This document shows, piece after piece, positions 9,540 to 18,928 of a stretch of DNA of 52,628 nt. How positions within the stretch are numbered: position 1 is the first letter of the stretch; every line of letters starts with the position of its first letter. Source of the DNA: a virus (Duplodnaviria; Caudoviricetes); the IMG/VR virus record IMGVR_UViG_3300028840_002598, positions 1 through 52,628 of that record; one strand, 5' to 3'. The notes beneath the pieces are model-generated. The model searched no databases. It had not been told where the DNA came from and was given only the letters and a program-made list of their open reading frames with translations. Made by a program: the position numbers and the translations under genes.

Positions 9540-11126
9540 ATGTCCCGGGTTTACTATCCGCAATGCCGCGCGATCCTCCAGGTGGTTTTCGATGGCTTCG
9601 GGGCGGACGCGCGGGACACGGAACCGATCATCTTTCCCGTGCTTCCCAAGGCCGCCACGGTCCACCGGAACGCCTACGATGATCCGGACTCCTGGGAGAT
9701 TACGTTTGACGCGGACGATTTCCCCGTCGACCCCCAGCTAGTCCGCGCCGGCGCCGCGGAGGTGTACCTATTCCAGACACCCGGCCAGGGCAACCCGGAG
9801 CTAATGGATCGCCAGTTCAGCGCCCTGGACGCGCCCACCTCCGGCCGTGAGCGCTCGCCGGCTGAGGAGCTGGGCCTGGAGGTGAAGGCACAGAACAGCA
9901 AGGAGCGCTTTGTGTGGGGCACCAAGCCCACCGTGGCCGGGCTGTTCGATGACATGACCGCGAACTATGACGATTCCGGCCGGTGGATCACGATCAGCGG
10001 CCAGGATTACACGGCCTACCTGGACGGCCGGCAATGGCCCCCCACGGACAAGGGCAAGCCGCGGCGCATCCCCACCGGCAAGCGCCTGGACAGATTCGTC
10101 CAGGCGATCCTCGCCATGGCGGACCCGGACGATCGCCTGGGTGTTGAGGTGTGGGGCGTCAAGGACTCCCAGCTCCCACGTGTGGGCCAGAACGAAACGC
10201 GCGGCAAGCGGCGCGGCATCCCGATCGAACAGGATACGACCTATTGGGACGTTATCTCGAAAACGGTCCGGCGCCACGGGTTCGTGTGTTTCGTGCGCGG
10301 CCTGGAGGTGATTATCACGCACCCCCAGAACCTCACCACGGCCGGCGCGATCGATGTCCGGCGCTTCACATGGGGAAAGAACCTCGAATCCCTGGAACTA
10401 ACCCGGCACCTCGGAAAGAAAACCGTTCCCTCGATCATCATTCAGTCCTATTCGGACCGGGATCGCGAGCCAATCACGATCGAGTATCCGAAAGGCGCCT
10501 GGCAAAAAGTCAAAACCAGCTCGCGGAAGCTCAAGCGCGGAGGCACCTCCACCAGTATCAAGAAAACGAACGAATACGAGATCATTCCGGTGTATGGAAT
10601 CACCGATCGCGCCGTGCTTCGCCAGATGGCCAAGGCGCGCCACGATCGGCTTGGCCGCGAGGAGCGGGAGGTGATCTTTAGAACACGCGATCTCACGGAC
10701 ATCAGAGATCGGGACATCATGGACCTGGCCGCCGGCGATTCCGTGTCCCTGAACTGGGACGAATTCTCGCGGGACCATGCGCTCCTCAGCGATGAGAAAG
10801 TCCCCGAGGCCACCAAGGTGAGCCACCTCCTATCGCGCGGGTTCACCGAGGGCGCGGCACAGGTGATCGCGTCCAAGTACACCGAGCTACGCGGCCTCAC
10901 GCGCCCGCTCCGTGTGGGTGAGGTGAGCTACGAATACGACGTCGACAACGGCGTGAGCATTGAGGGCCGCTTGCTGGACTACATCGTGGTCGACGGGCTC
11001 CGTGACCAGGCCGCGAAAACGCCGCGGAAGTCCGCGGCCAAGCGCGAACAGAAGCGGAGGAAAAGGGACGGCACCGGCGTGGGCGATCTAACCTGGAACC
11101 ACCTCAAGGGGACGGCGCTCGAATGA
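9540..11126 (+). CDS. Baseplate hub protein (P2 gpD/Mu gp44-like)
   Basis: ITISGQDYT, YWDVI and FTWGKNL motifs; position. Confidence 0.75.
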   Translation: MSRVYYPQCRAILQVVFDGFGADARDTEPIIFPVLPKAATVHRNAYDDPDSWEITFDADDFPVDPQLVRAGAAEVYLFQTPGQGNPELMDRQFSALDAPTSGRERSPAEELGLEVKAQNSKERFVWGTKPTVAGLFDDMTANYDDSGRWITISGQDYTAYLDGRQWPPTDKGKPRRIPTGKRLDRFVQAILAMADPDDRLGVEVWGVKDSQLPRVGQNETRGKRRGIPIEQDTTYWDVISKTVRRHGFVCFVRGLEVIITHPQNLTTAGAIDVRRFTWGKNLESLELTRHLGKKTVPSIIIQSYSDRDREPITIEYPKGAWQKVKTSSRKLKRGGTSTSIKKTNEYEIIPVYGITDRAVLRQMAKARHDRLGREEREVIFRTRDLTDIRDRDIMDLAAGDSVSLNWDEFSRDHALLSDEKVPEATKVSHLLSRGFTEGAAQVIASKYTELRGLTRPLRVGEVSYEYDVDNGVSIEGRLLDYIVVDGLRDQAAKTPRKSAAKREQKRRKRDGTGVGDLTWNHLKGTALE

Positions 11127-11710
11127 CGATCCTCCGCAAGCCGAAGCGCCGGCGCCACGCAACCAAGCGCCTGAACCTCGAACCACTCGCGCGCGCCCTC
11201 CAGTCCGCCGGAGGCCCGGCCAAGCTGTGGGTGGGCCTTGGCGTGGTCGCGTTGCCGGAGGGCGAGTCCTCCCATTGGGAGCTGGTGGAGGAGGACGGCC
11301 AGGTGGTGGACATCCTGGTGGACGTGGAGCTAATGCCGAACGCCCTGGACGTGACGTGCCGGCTAGGCAACGCCGGCGGTGGCGCGGGCCGCGGCATCTG
11401 GGCGATCCCCGCGGTGGGCGATGAGGTGATCGTGGCGATGCCGGCCGGGGAGCTGGCGTTCGCCCCGTCGATCGTTGCCGTGCTGTCCTCGGGCAACGTT
11501 CCGAATCCGTCCGGCGAGGGACCGGCCGCTGGCCGAACGATCATCATGGATCAGGAGGTGCTGATCCACGATGGCACCGGCGGCACCGATCAGGTGGTCC
11601 TAAAGTCCGCCTATGAAGTCCACAAGCATGGCACCGGCACCGGCCCCAGTTCGCCGCCGGACAACGCCGCGGCGCCCACCAGTTACTCCCAGGTGGTGAA
11701 GGTCAAATAA
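11123..11710 (+). CDS. Baseplate spike (P2 gpV/Mu gp45-like)
   Basis: OB-fold motif IPAVGDEVIV; C-terminal HxH apex (HKHG). Confidence 0.85.
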   Translation: MTILRKPKRRRHATKRLNLEPLARALQSAGGPAKLWVGLGVVALPEGESSHWELVEEDGQVVDILVDVELMPNALDVTCRLGNAGGGAGRGIWAIPAVGDEVIVAMPAGELAFAPSIVAVLSSGNVPNPSGEGPAAGRTIIMDQEVLIHDGTGGTDQVVLKSAYEVHKHGTGTGPSSPPDNAAAPTSYSQVVKVK

Positions 11711-12195
11711 TGGCCCTCAGCGAGTCCACGCTGGCCACCGCGCTGGAGAACATGACTCCCACCCTCACGGCGGGGGAGGGGGAACAGGCGCTTGCTGAGG
11801 CTTACGGCGACTATATGGCGAACCGAGCACAGGCATCGCTTGTGCTGATCACCCAAGCCTCCGTTGAATCGTTCGCCGTGCCGGCGATGGCTGGCGCTAT
11901 GGCGTTCACGCCCGGCGCCAGTTCCTCGGAGGGCGCCGCGGCGGTGGTCGCGGGCCTGGTGGCGTTCTGGGGCGCGCTGGTGGCGGCGCCAGCCCTCTAT
12001 TTCAGTGGGGCCACCCTGATCACGCCCCCCACGTTCGCCGGCCTCCAGGCGGCGCTGGCGGCCGCGTTCGATGCGAACACCTCCGGGGAGGCAACGCTAG
12101 AGGAGGCCGCGGAGGCGCTGGGGGCCGTGATCCACCCGGCAACCGACAATCAAGGCACGGCCACGATCGCGTCCGTGTCCTACCCGATCACGTGA
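11710..12195 (+). CDS. Hypothetical Ala-rich spike-adjacent protein
   Basis: Translationally coupled (TAATG) to the spike gene. Confidence 0.65.
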   Translation: MALSESTLATALENMTPTLTAGEGEQALAEAYGDYMANRAQASLVLITQASVESFAVPAMAGAMAFTPGASSSEGAAAVVAGLVAFWGALVAAPALYFSGATLITPPTFAGLQAALAAAFDANTSGEATLEEAAEALGAVIHPATDNQGTATIASVSYPIT

Positions 12196-12202
12196 GGACC
12201 CG

Positions 12203-13159
12203 ATGGCAATCCCCAGCCTAGAGAAAAACTACGAATTCGATCTCAACCGCCACGTGGGCGTGGTCGGAGGACAGCACAACGCCTATCGGGAATGCTATTT
12301 CAACATGAAACAGGCGTGGATCAACTGGACGGCCGGCGCGGCCACCGTGTGGGGATCCTCCGATAAAACGAACTGGTCCAATACGGGGACGGATTACTGG
12401 GTGGATCAGTACGATCTCCTGACCGGTTCGCCGGGATCGTGGATCGTGCTGAACATGTACGGCGGCGGCCAGCTCCTCATGGCGCTGGGCTCCTCCTATG
12501 ACCACGGCTATATCCAGTATTCACCCGCCGGCCTGTACACCGGCGGCGGCGCCACCACGTTGCCCACCGCGGCGGACGCCTACACGTGGTCGAATAACGC
12601 GGACTGGTGGTTCGATGCCGGTAGCACCGAGCGGGACGGCCGCCTCCATTGCATACACTCCACGGACGGGGACGTGGAGCTGGTGTTCCTGGCGGACGCC
12701 GGGATTATCAAGTGCGCGATGATCTTTGTTCGCCCCCAGGACCCGGTTTCCGGCTGGACAGCGAATCACGTGGCGTGGTGCGTCTCCTACAGCGCCGGGG
12801 GCCGCCTCACGAACGCTTACCTTGGCCAATCCACCGATAATTTCGAGTTTCGCCAGGGCGGCGCGTGGCGGGACGGGTTCCTGTCGACCGCGAGCATGAA
12901 CCGCGAGGCGATCACGGAGCGAACGGAGCTATCGATCCAGTCATGGACCGGCAAGGTTCCAATGTCCCCGTGTGGGTTCGCCTCGATCATCGCCGGCGCC
13001 AAGGGCCGCCACGGGCGCATCCCCGATCTCTATTACGTCCACGATACCCTCAGCAACGGGGACACGATCGAGGACAACCCCTCCAGCCCCACCCGTGAAT
13101 GGTGCGTGTTCGAGTCGCTGGCGGTTCCGTGGGACGGTAGCGTCCCGCTCATGGCATAG
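12203..13159 (+). CDS. Putative virion/receptor-binding protein, paralog A
   Basis: Trp/Tyr/Gly-rich beta protein; termini match 13169-14161. Confidence 0.6.
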   Translation: MAIPSLEKNYEFDLNRHVGVVGGQHNAYRECYFNMKQAWINWTAGAATVWGSSDKTNWSNTGTDYWVDQYDLLTGSPGSWIVLNMYGGGQLLMALGSSYDHGYIQYSPAGLYTGGGATTLPTAADAYTWSNNADWWFDAGSTERDGRLHCIHSTDGDVELVFLADAGIIKCAMIFVRPQDPVSGWTANHVAWCVSYSAGGRLTNAYLGQSTDNFEFRQGGAWRDGFLSTASMNREAITERTELSIQSWTGKVPMSPCGFASIIAGAKGRHGRIPDLYYVHDTLSNGDTIEDNPSSPTREWCVFESLAVPWDGSVPLMA

Positions 13160-13168
13160 GAGGCACCG

Positions 13169-14161
13169 ATGGCGTTCCCCAGCAAAGCTAAAACCTACGA
13201 ATTCAGCGTGAACAACGCGATCACGTACACCACACAGGAAACCCTCATGTCCGCGTTTCTGTCGGACATTTACAATTTTTTCACGGGCGCCAGTTCCAAC
13301 CCGTGGATCCTCCGCGGTAGCAGCAACGGCGTGACGGCCGGCTGGCCAGGCCCCGGGTGGGGAAGCACGGGATCGGTGGTGTGGGCAAACGAGGGAACCG
13401 CGCACAGTTGGGCCGTGTTCGAGAACGCGGCCGGAACGGTCCAGATCCTATTCAATTGCCACAACAATAACGCCCTCACCCTCCAGCTTGGGGAGTGGAC
13501 AAGCGGGACCGGGGACGCGGCGAACGGCCCCACCGCGGTGGCGAGCCTCACGGCCGTGAGCGATGACCCCCACGGAACGAACCAGGCCGGCACCTACCGC
13601 TTTTCCTTCATACACGCCGATGACGGGGAGCTGGACTTTGCGATCATGACGGACCCGGGACACAGCGTGCGGACCGTCTATTGCCTTAGCAAGCTGCAAA
13701 GCGCGATCGCCGGGTTCACGAACCCATGGACGATCTACGCCTACCCGTGGGCAACCTACTACACCGCGGACAATTTCCACCGCTACGATCCGAGCTATTC
13801 CTATGGAATGTGGGAATACAATTGCTGGCACGGGTTCCAGGCCGGACCGCTTGGATCGATCTCCAACGTGTGGCGCGGGCGGCCGGTGATCGAGGCCGGT
13901 ATGGGTTTCGCGCTGGGGGAGAACGTGACGGCCATCCCGAACGAAATCAGTGGAAACTGGGGCATGTATCCGGTGGCCATGTGCGGCTACACCACGGGGG
14001 ACTACGGCGTGATCGGCGCGTTCGAGGATTTCTATTTCGTGGGGCCTGGGATGTCCACCGGGGACACCGTGGAGGCGAACGCGGCCAGCCCCACGTTTGA
14101 CTGGGCCGTGTTCGGGGAATTCGCCGTCCCGTGGGAAACCGGCACGGCGCCGATCGTATAG
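13169..14161 (+). CDS. Putative virion/receptor-binding protein, paralog B
   Basis: MAFPSKAKTYEF vs MAIPSLEKNYEF; GDTVEANAASPTFDWAVFGEFAVPW vs GDTIEDNPSSPTREWCVFESLAVPW. Confidence 0.6.
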   Translation: MAFPSKAKTYEFSVNNAITYTTQETLMSAFLSDIYNFFTGASSNPWILRGSSNGVTAGWPGPGWGSTGSVVWANEGTAHSWAVFENAAGTVQILFNCHNNNALTLQLGEWTSGTGDAANGPTAVASLTAVSDDPHGTNQAGTYRFSFIHADDGELDFAIMTDPGHSVRTVYCLSKLQSAIAGFTNPWTIYAYPWATYYTADNFHRYDPSYSYGMWEYNCWHGFQAGPLGSISNVWRGRPVIEAGMGFALGENVTAIPNEISGNWGMYPVAMCGYTTGDYGVIGAFEDFYFVGPGMSTGDTVEANAASPTFDWAVFGEFAVPWETGTAPIV

Positions 14162-14170
14162 GAGGACACC

Positions 14171-14623
14171 ATGACGGCCCTGGACGGAGAACTGGTCCCG
14201 TTTCCAACCGCAACCGGAAGCGGGGACCGCTCGCACAGCGCGGGCGGTTACAAGGTGCCGGTAAGCGCCGGGCCGGACGCCACCGCTCCGACGATCACGA
14301 ACATGACGCCGGCGCCTGGTGTGTTCCCCGGTTCGCGCTACACGGCGAGCCGGACGCCGATCGAATTCGACGTGGAGGACCCGGCGCCCGGGATCCGCCT
14401 GGTGCTGGTCACCCTGAAATATGCGCGCCGAAACGAAACCCTGATCGTCTATGACGGATCGCAATTCGTTTACCCGTTCGATTCGGGCTCGAGCCTGGTC
14501 ACCTCGATCGCGAACGGCTATCACTTCAAAGTCCTACCGCGCGCCGGCTGGGAATCCGACCTGGATCAGCTCTGGGTGTATGCGCTGGACAGCGACGGGA
14601 ACATGGAGGACGGTTTGCCATGA
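14171..14623 (+). CDS. Ig-like virion protein (putative)
   Basis: DATAPTITNMTPAPG ... VYALDSDGN Ig-like boundaries; GGAGG RBS. Confidence 0.5.
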   Translation: MTALDGELVPFPTATGSGDRSHSAGGYKVPVSAGPDATAPTITNMTPAPGVFPGSRYTASRTPIEFDVEDPAPGIRLVLVTLKYARRNETLIVYDGSQFVYPFDSGSSLVTSIANGYHFKVLPRAGWESDLDQLWVYALDSDGNMEDGLP

Positions 14624-15096
14624 GCGGTTACACGTGGACCTTGCCCGGCGTTACCGTGGGGGCCGCGGGGATCGGCGATTCCGATCGCGCGAGCCAATAC
14701 GATCGCCTGTGGGGCCGGGACATTTGGCTGGACGTGACGGGGAGCGCAAACCTGGAGGTGACGCCCTCCGGCGATTACCTCACCGTGGGCGGCGCTCGCG
14801 CGCTTCGCCAGGCGATCGCCCGTCGTATAATCACCGATCCCGGCGAGTGGGCCACGTTGCCGGACTACGGCGTGGGCGCTCGCGCATTCGTCAAGTCACG
14901 GCGCACGCGCGCGGCCATGGACGAATTGATCGAGCGAATCCGCGGCCAGCTAGTCCAGGATCCGCGCGTGGAGGACGTGGCCGCCGTCGCCATCGATGAC
15001 GAAACGCCGGACCAGCTCACGATCAGCGTGTGGGTTCTGGCCAAGGGCCGCCCGCGGCAAACTGAAATGATCCACGCTTCCGTGGAGGTGTCCTGA
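14620..15096 (+). CDS. Baseplate wedge protein, gp25/gpW-like
   Basis: ALRQAIARRIITDPGEW..PDYGVG and DPRVEDV motifs. Confidence 0.85.
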   Translation: MSGYTWTLPGVTVGAAGIGDSDRASQYDRLWGRDIWLDVTGSANLEVTPSGDYLTVGGARALRQAIARRIITDPGEWATLPDYGVGARAFVKSRRTRAAMDELIERIRGQLVQDPRVEDVAAVAIDDETPDQLTISVWVLAKGRPRQTEMIHASVEVS

Positions 15097-16214
15097 TGCC
15101 CGTAGCTCCGAGCTTTGAAGATCTCCTAGCCCAAGGAATGGCCGAAGCGCAAACCCGGCGGCCGTCCCTCCAGTTCTATGACGGGGACGTGAGCCTGGCC
15201 ACCTTGCACGGCGGCGCGGCCATGTCGGACGCTTGCATCCGATTCGGCGCGCAAGCGTTCCGCGAAACGTTCATTGACGGCGCGCGAGGCGATGCCCTCA
15301 CCGCGCTGGTCGACGATCACTATGGGATCCAGCGCCAGCCCTCCACCCAAGCACAGGCCACCGTTAGCTGGTCCAGGCCATCCCAGGGCGGCGGCGAGCC
15401 CGGTGGCACCATTCCGGCCGGCACCACGATCGCCACCGAATTCGACGCGGAAGGGAACGAAGTCCAGTTCACCACGGATGCAAACCTGGTGTTCGGCGTT
15501 GGCGTCCTGGGGCCGCTGGACGTGAGCGCCACCGCGGTCGACCCGGGGACGGACGGCAACGTGGCCGCGGCCTCGATCGTCCGGGTGATCGATGTCCCGT
15601 CATTTGATGCCACGTTCCAAGTCACGAACGCGGCGGCCGCCGGCGGCGGCAACGATGAGGAATCGGACACCGAGCTACGGCGACGGGCGCGGGACTTCTG
15701 GTCCACGCTTCGCCGTGGCACGCTGGCGGCGCTCGAATACGGCGCCCAGCAAGTGGACAGCGTGCGCGTGGCCAAGGCCACCGAGGACGGCCAGGGCCTT
15801 GTCACCGTGCGCGTGACGGACGCGGACGGCAACTCCACCGCCGAAATGGTGGCGGACGTGGAGGCCGAGCTGGAGAACTGGCGCTGTGCCGGCGTCAATG
15901 TCACCGTGCTGGGCGGCGATCCCCTCCTGGTGGACTTCACCGCGGAACTGATCGTCCGGGCCGGGTTCGATGTCCTGGCGCATGTCACCGAGCTGGAGGA
16001 CGCGGCCACCGCCCGAATGGCCAAGCTCAAGGCCGGGGAAACCTGCTATCTGGACATGATCGACGCCTCGATCATCGCCGTTTATCCCGATGACATCCTG
16101 AAAGTCACCCTGACCGCGATCACCGTGGGCGGTTCGCCGGCCTCGATCGCGGACATCGTTCCCGGCGCCGATGAGGTGATCCGGGCTGGTACACTTACGA
16201 TCGTAGGAGCGTAA
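15096..16214 (+). CDS. Baseplate J-like protein
   Basis: ARGDAL, TIPAGT, A..PGTDGNV, GGNDEESDTELRRR, RGT. Confidence 0.9.
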   Translation: MPVAPSFEDLLAQGMAEAQTRRPSLQFYDGDVSLATLHGGAAMSDACIRFGAQAFRETFIDGARGDALTALVDDHYGIQRQPSTQAQATVSWSRPSQGGGEPGGTIPAGTTIATEFDAEGNEVQFTTDANLVFGVGVLGPLDVSATAVDPGTDGNVAAASIVRVIDVPSFDATFQVTNAAAAGGGNDEESDTELRRRARDFWSTLRRGTLAALEYGAQQVDSVRVAKATEDGQGLVTVRVTDADGNSTAEMVADVEAELENWRCAGVNVTVLGGDPLLVDFTAELIVRAGFDVLAHVTELEDAATARMAKLKAGETCYLDMIDASIIAVYPDDILKVTLTAITVGGSPASIADIVPGADEVIRAGTLTIVGA

Positions 16215-16217
16215 CCC

Positions 16218-17105
16218 GTGGCCCTCACTCCAGACGAACAGGACTTCCTGGACTTCGCCCTGGCCGGACTCCCGATCTGGTACCAGGACGAATCCCGCGA
16301 GCTGGAGGACTTGGCGATGATCGCCAAGATGATCGGCGCGGCGAAATCCCAGCTAGATGACTGGTTCCAGAACACCCTGATCGGGAATGCTATCGGCGCC
16401 GTGGGTGACGATCCGGATTGGCTCGATCAGCACGCACAGGACCGCGGCACCTCGCGCCAGGAGGGCGAGGACGATCCCACCCTCCGGGCGCGCATTCAGA
16501 ACGTGGAGGACGCCCTCACGCGCGCGGAGCTTCTTAGCGTGGCCCAAGGTGTGGTCGACGCGGAGGGGATTCTGGGCACCGTGGAAATGGTGGAGCTGAA
16601 ACGGGACCGGGCGTTCCTCGGGACGTTCACCAGCATGAGCGGGACCGGCGGCACGTTCGCCGGCACGGCGCCGGACATGACGTTCGAGCCTGATACCCCG
16701 TGGGACCGGCCACCGCTGGAAATCGCGTTCCCGGGCTACTCCTGGGAACTGGTGGTGTCCGGCGCCGCGAGCGCCGGCAATGATGGCACGTTCCCGATCA
16801 CCGGGCTGGACGGGGACGCCGGCGAATACACGAACGCCTCCGGCGTTGCGGAGGTGGACGCCACGGTGAGCTGGACGGCCCGCAAGCTGGACCAGGACGG
16901 CAATCTGGCGGACGGGTTCGCGCGCGCATTCTACGGGCGCGGTTATCGCATGGGACCACAGCAACCGGTGATCATCGTGATCGTGCCATACGGGAGCGGG
17001 GCCATTCATTCCACGGCGGCAACGGTGGCCGCCGTCACCGAGGCGCTACGAACGAAAAAGGGCGGGGGGATCCGCGTCCTGGTGGAGCGCCGGCAAACCC
17101 CATAG
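16218..17105 (+). CDS. Baseplate wedge protein (gpI/Mu gp48-like) with inserted beta domain
   Basis: WLDQHAQDRG..RQEGEDDPTLRARI motif after baseplate J; insert around SGAASAGNDGTFPITG. Confidence 0.7.
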   Translation: MALTPDEQDFLDFALAGLPIWYQDESRELEDLAMIAKMIGAAKSQLDDWFQNTLIGNAIGAVGDDPDWLDQHAQDRGTSRQEGEDDPTLRARIQNVEDALTRAELLSVAQGVVDAEGILGTVEMVELKRDRAFLGTFTSMSGTGGTFAGTAPDMTFEPDTPWDRPPLEIAFPGYSWELVVSGAASAGNDGTFPITGLDGDAGEYTNASGVAEVDATVSWTARKLDQDGNLADGFARAFYGRGYRMGPQQPVIIVIVPYGSGAIHSTAATVAAVTEALRTKKGGGIRVLVERRQTP

Positions 17106-17117
17106 GAGGCCAAGGAC

Positions 17118-18266
17118 ATGCCCACAATCATCGGAAGCTCCCCCAAGCGCTTGCTGTTCAACGATGGCGAGGGGGTGGATCCAGCGGACTGGAACGACAT
17201 GCAAACGTTCCTCCACTCCATGCTGGGCGATCTGCAACTCCTGGACGCCCGCGGCAACTCCGGGGGCGAGCCCGGCACCCATGCGACAATTCTCACGGAC
17301 TGGCAAAGCGGCGCATTCTCCGGCCCTGGTGGCGGTTACATCGACTACCAGAACGGGACGGCCCGGGGCTACACGAATAAGGCCGGCGTCCTGGCGCAAT
17401 GGGTGGGATCGACGATCGACGGCGAGGACCCCCAGCTCCTCGCGTGCTACGTGCCGGCGGACGCTTTCGCGGAGGTGGTGAACGCGCCCAGTGTTAGCGC
17501 CAGGTGGGACACCCTCGAATACAAGCTGGAGGTGGTCGACGGGGATTCGGAAACGCGCGATTTCGAGGACAGCACCACGCGCGCCAAGACAACCACCACG
17601 CCGAACAAGCGCCGCAAGATCCAGTTGACGTTCAACCGGATCGAGGGCGTGGAGGGCGGTAGCGTTCCGGCCACCACGTCCGGCTATGTCCGCTGGGCGG
17701 CGATTCAAACGGCGGCCGGACAATCGACGGACTACGATCCCAAGACACAGTTTCGCGATTGTCGCATCCCCATGGGCAAGTGGATCCATTGCCGCGCGCT
17801 TGGAAAGGACATCTTTCCGAAAAGCGGATCCTCCTGGACCATTGGAGGGACGCTTGCCTGGGTGGCGGACGCCGGCGCCGGCGCTGAGGTTGGATATTGG
17901 AGCCCGCCGGCGTGCGCCGGTGACGGAAACGCGCGCCTCATGGGGATCCGTTGCGTGGGCGAAATCAACTCCGGCAAGATCGAAACCGCAAGGTGGGAGC
18001 CGGCCCAGAACCCGATCTCCGAGGTGTTCTCCGCGGCCCTGGGTGCGTTCCAGGACTTCCCCACGGGCGCCGGGGAAACCAACATCCGGGACTTCACCAC
18101 GGTCGACAACCTGTATCCGAACTGGGGGAACGGCTACCTTTGCGGCCCGTCCGCGTTCGGTTCTGGCGGCGGCGGCGCCAGCTCCTCGATCGTGGGCATG
18201 TTCACTTGCCAGGCAACGGGCGCGGACAAGGTGGCGGCGGTGGATTTCTGGTTCGCGTGCGGGTGA
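17118..18266 (+). CDS. Tail fibre/fibre-attachment protein
   Basis: Follows wedge genes; N-terminal FNDGE..ADWNDMQ and ARWDTL..VPAT fibre-base-like motifs. Confidence 0.6.
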   Translation: MPTIIGSSPKRLLFNDGEGVDPADWNDMQTFLHSMLGDLQLLDARGNSGGEPGTHATILTDWQSGAFSGPGGGYIDYQNGTARGYTNKAGVLAQWVGSTIDGEDPQLLACYVPADAFAEVVNAPSVSARWDTLEYKLEVVDGDSETRDFEDSTTRAKTTTTPNKRRKIQLTFNRIEGVEGGSVPATTSGYVRWAAIQTAAGQSTDYDPKTQFRDCRIPMGKWIHCRALGKDIFPKSGSSWTIGGTLAWVADAGAGAEVGYWSPPACAGDGNARLMGIRCVGEINSGKIETARWEPAQNPISEVFSAALGAFQDFPTGAGETNIRDFTTVDNLYPNWGNGYLCGPSAFGSGGGGASSSIVGMFTCQATGADKVAAVDFWFACG

Positions 18267-18269
18267 ACC

Positions 18270-18842
18270 GTGGGCCTCGGACGTAACGACAACGGCACGC
18301 CAGATCGCCCCCTCAGCGATGAGGACACCGGGCGAATCTCCGCGCGCCTCCACTCCCAGCTCGCCGGGGAGATCGGCGTGGCGCCAGTCCACACGCCGCC
18401 AATGGGCACACCCACGCCCGATCAGTTCCTCGATCAGCTAGCGGAGAAACTCGCCGCGCGGGTGAACCCTGGGGGCGGCGACGGCGGCGGCCACCGGCGT
18501 TTCCTTGGCATGGAGGTGGGGGGCTGGACAAAGCTCCTGGCCTCCATGATCCTGGCCGGCGCTGTGGCCCTTGCGGCCTGGTGGCTCACCGTGCGCGACG
18601 AATTGAAAGCGCGCACCACGCCGGAACAAGTCCAGACCCGGATCGAGGTGGAGGCGAGGCACCACGCCAAGGACGCGGACGCGCACCCCCCGATCCAGAA
18701 GCGCCTGGACAAGCTCACCGGCGAACAGCGGACGATCCGCGAGTCCCAGATCCGCCAGGAGGAGGCGTCCGCAACCACCGCCAAGGCCCTGGAGGGCATC
18801 GCGGAGGACGTGAAACACCTACGGCGCCGGCGCGGCCGGTGA
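18270..18842 (+). CDS. Single-TM membrane protein with coiled coil (holin/antiholin-like)
   Basis: TM segment LLASMILAGAVALAAWWLTV, then coiled coil and basic C-terminus. Confidence 0.55.
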   Translation: MGLGRNDNGTPDRPLSDEDTGRISARLHSQLAGEIGVAPVHTPPMGTPTPDQFLDQLAEKLAARVNPGGGDGGGHRRFLGMEVGGWTKLLASMILAGAVALAAWWLTVRDELKARTTPEQVQTRIEVEARHHAKDADAHPPIQKRLDKLTGEQRTIRESQIRQEEASATTAKALEGIAEDVKHLRRRRGR

Positions 18843-18895
18843 TAGACTTCCCGCGGGGGATGTCCTCCGCAACCGACACAGGAGAAAACAGGAAC

Positions 18896-18919
18896 ATGGA
18901 CCACTATCACACACCATAG
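18896..18919 (+). CDS. Candidate 7-aa leader peptide MDHYHTP
   Basis: GACACAGGAG at 18875-18884; its TAG overlaps the AGGAGG SD of the next gene. Confidence 0.3.
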   Translation: MDHYHTP

Positions 18920-18928
18920 GAGGGCAAC

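Noticed and set aside
12203-14161. Diversity-generating retroelement target/template pair
   Set aside because: No reverse transcriptase seen, and the similarity is protein-level rather than a near-identical repeat differing at adenines
3798-17105. Tailocin/eCIS locus
   Set aside because: Capsid, portal, terminase and replication genes are present, so this is a phage
17046-18392. Long minus-strand ORFs (also 3759-4883, 13448-14524, 31691-32989, 46982-48151, 48272-49507)
   Set aside because: Antisense shadows of high-GC genes, with no motifs or RBS and full overlap with well-supported + genes
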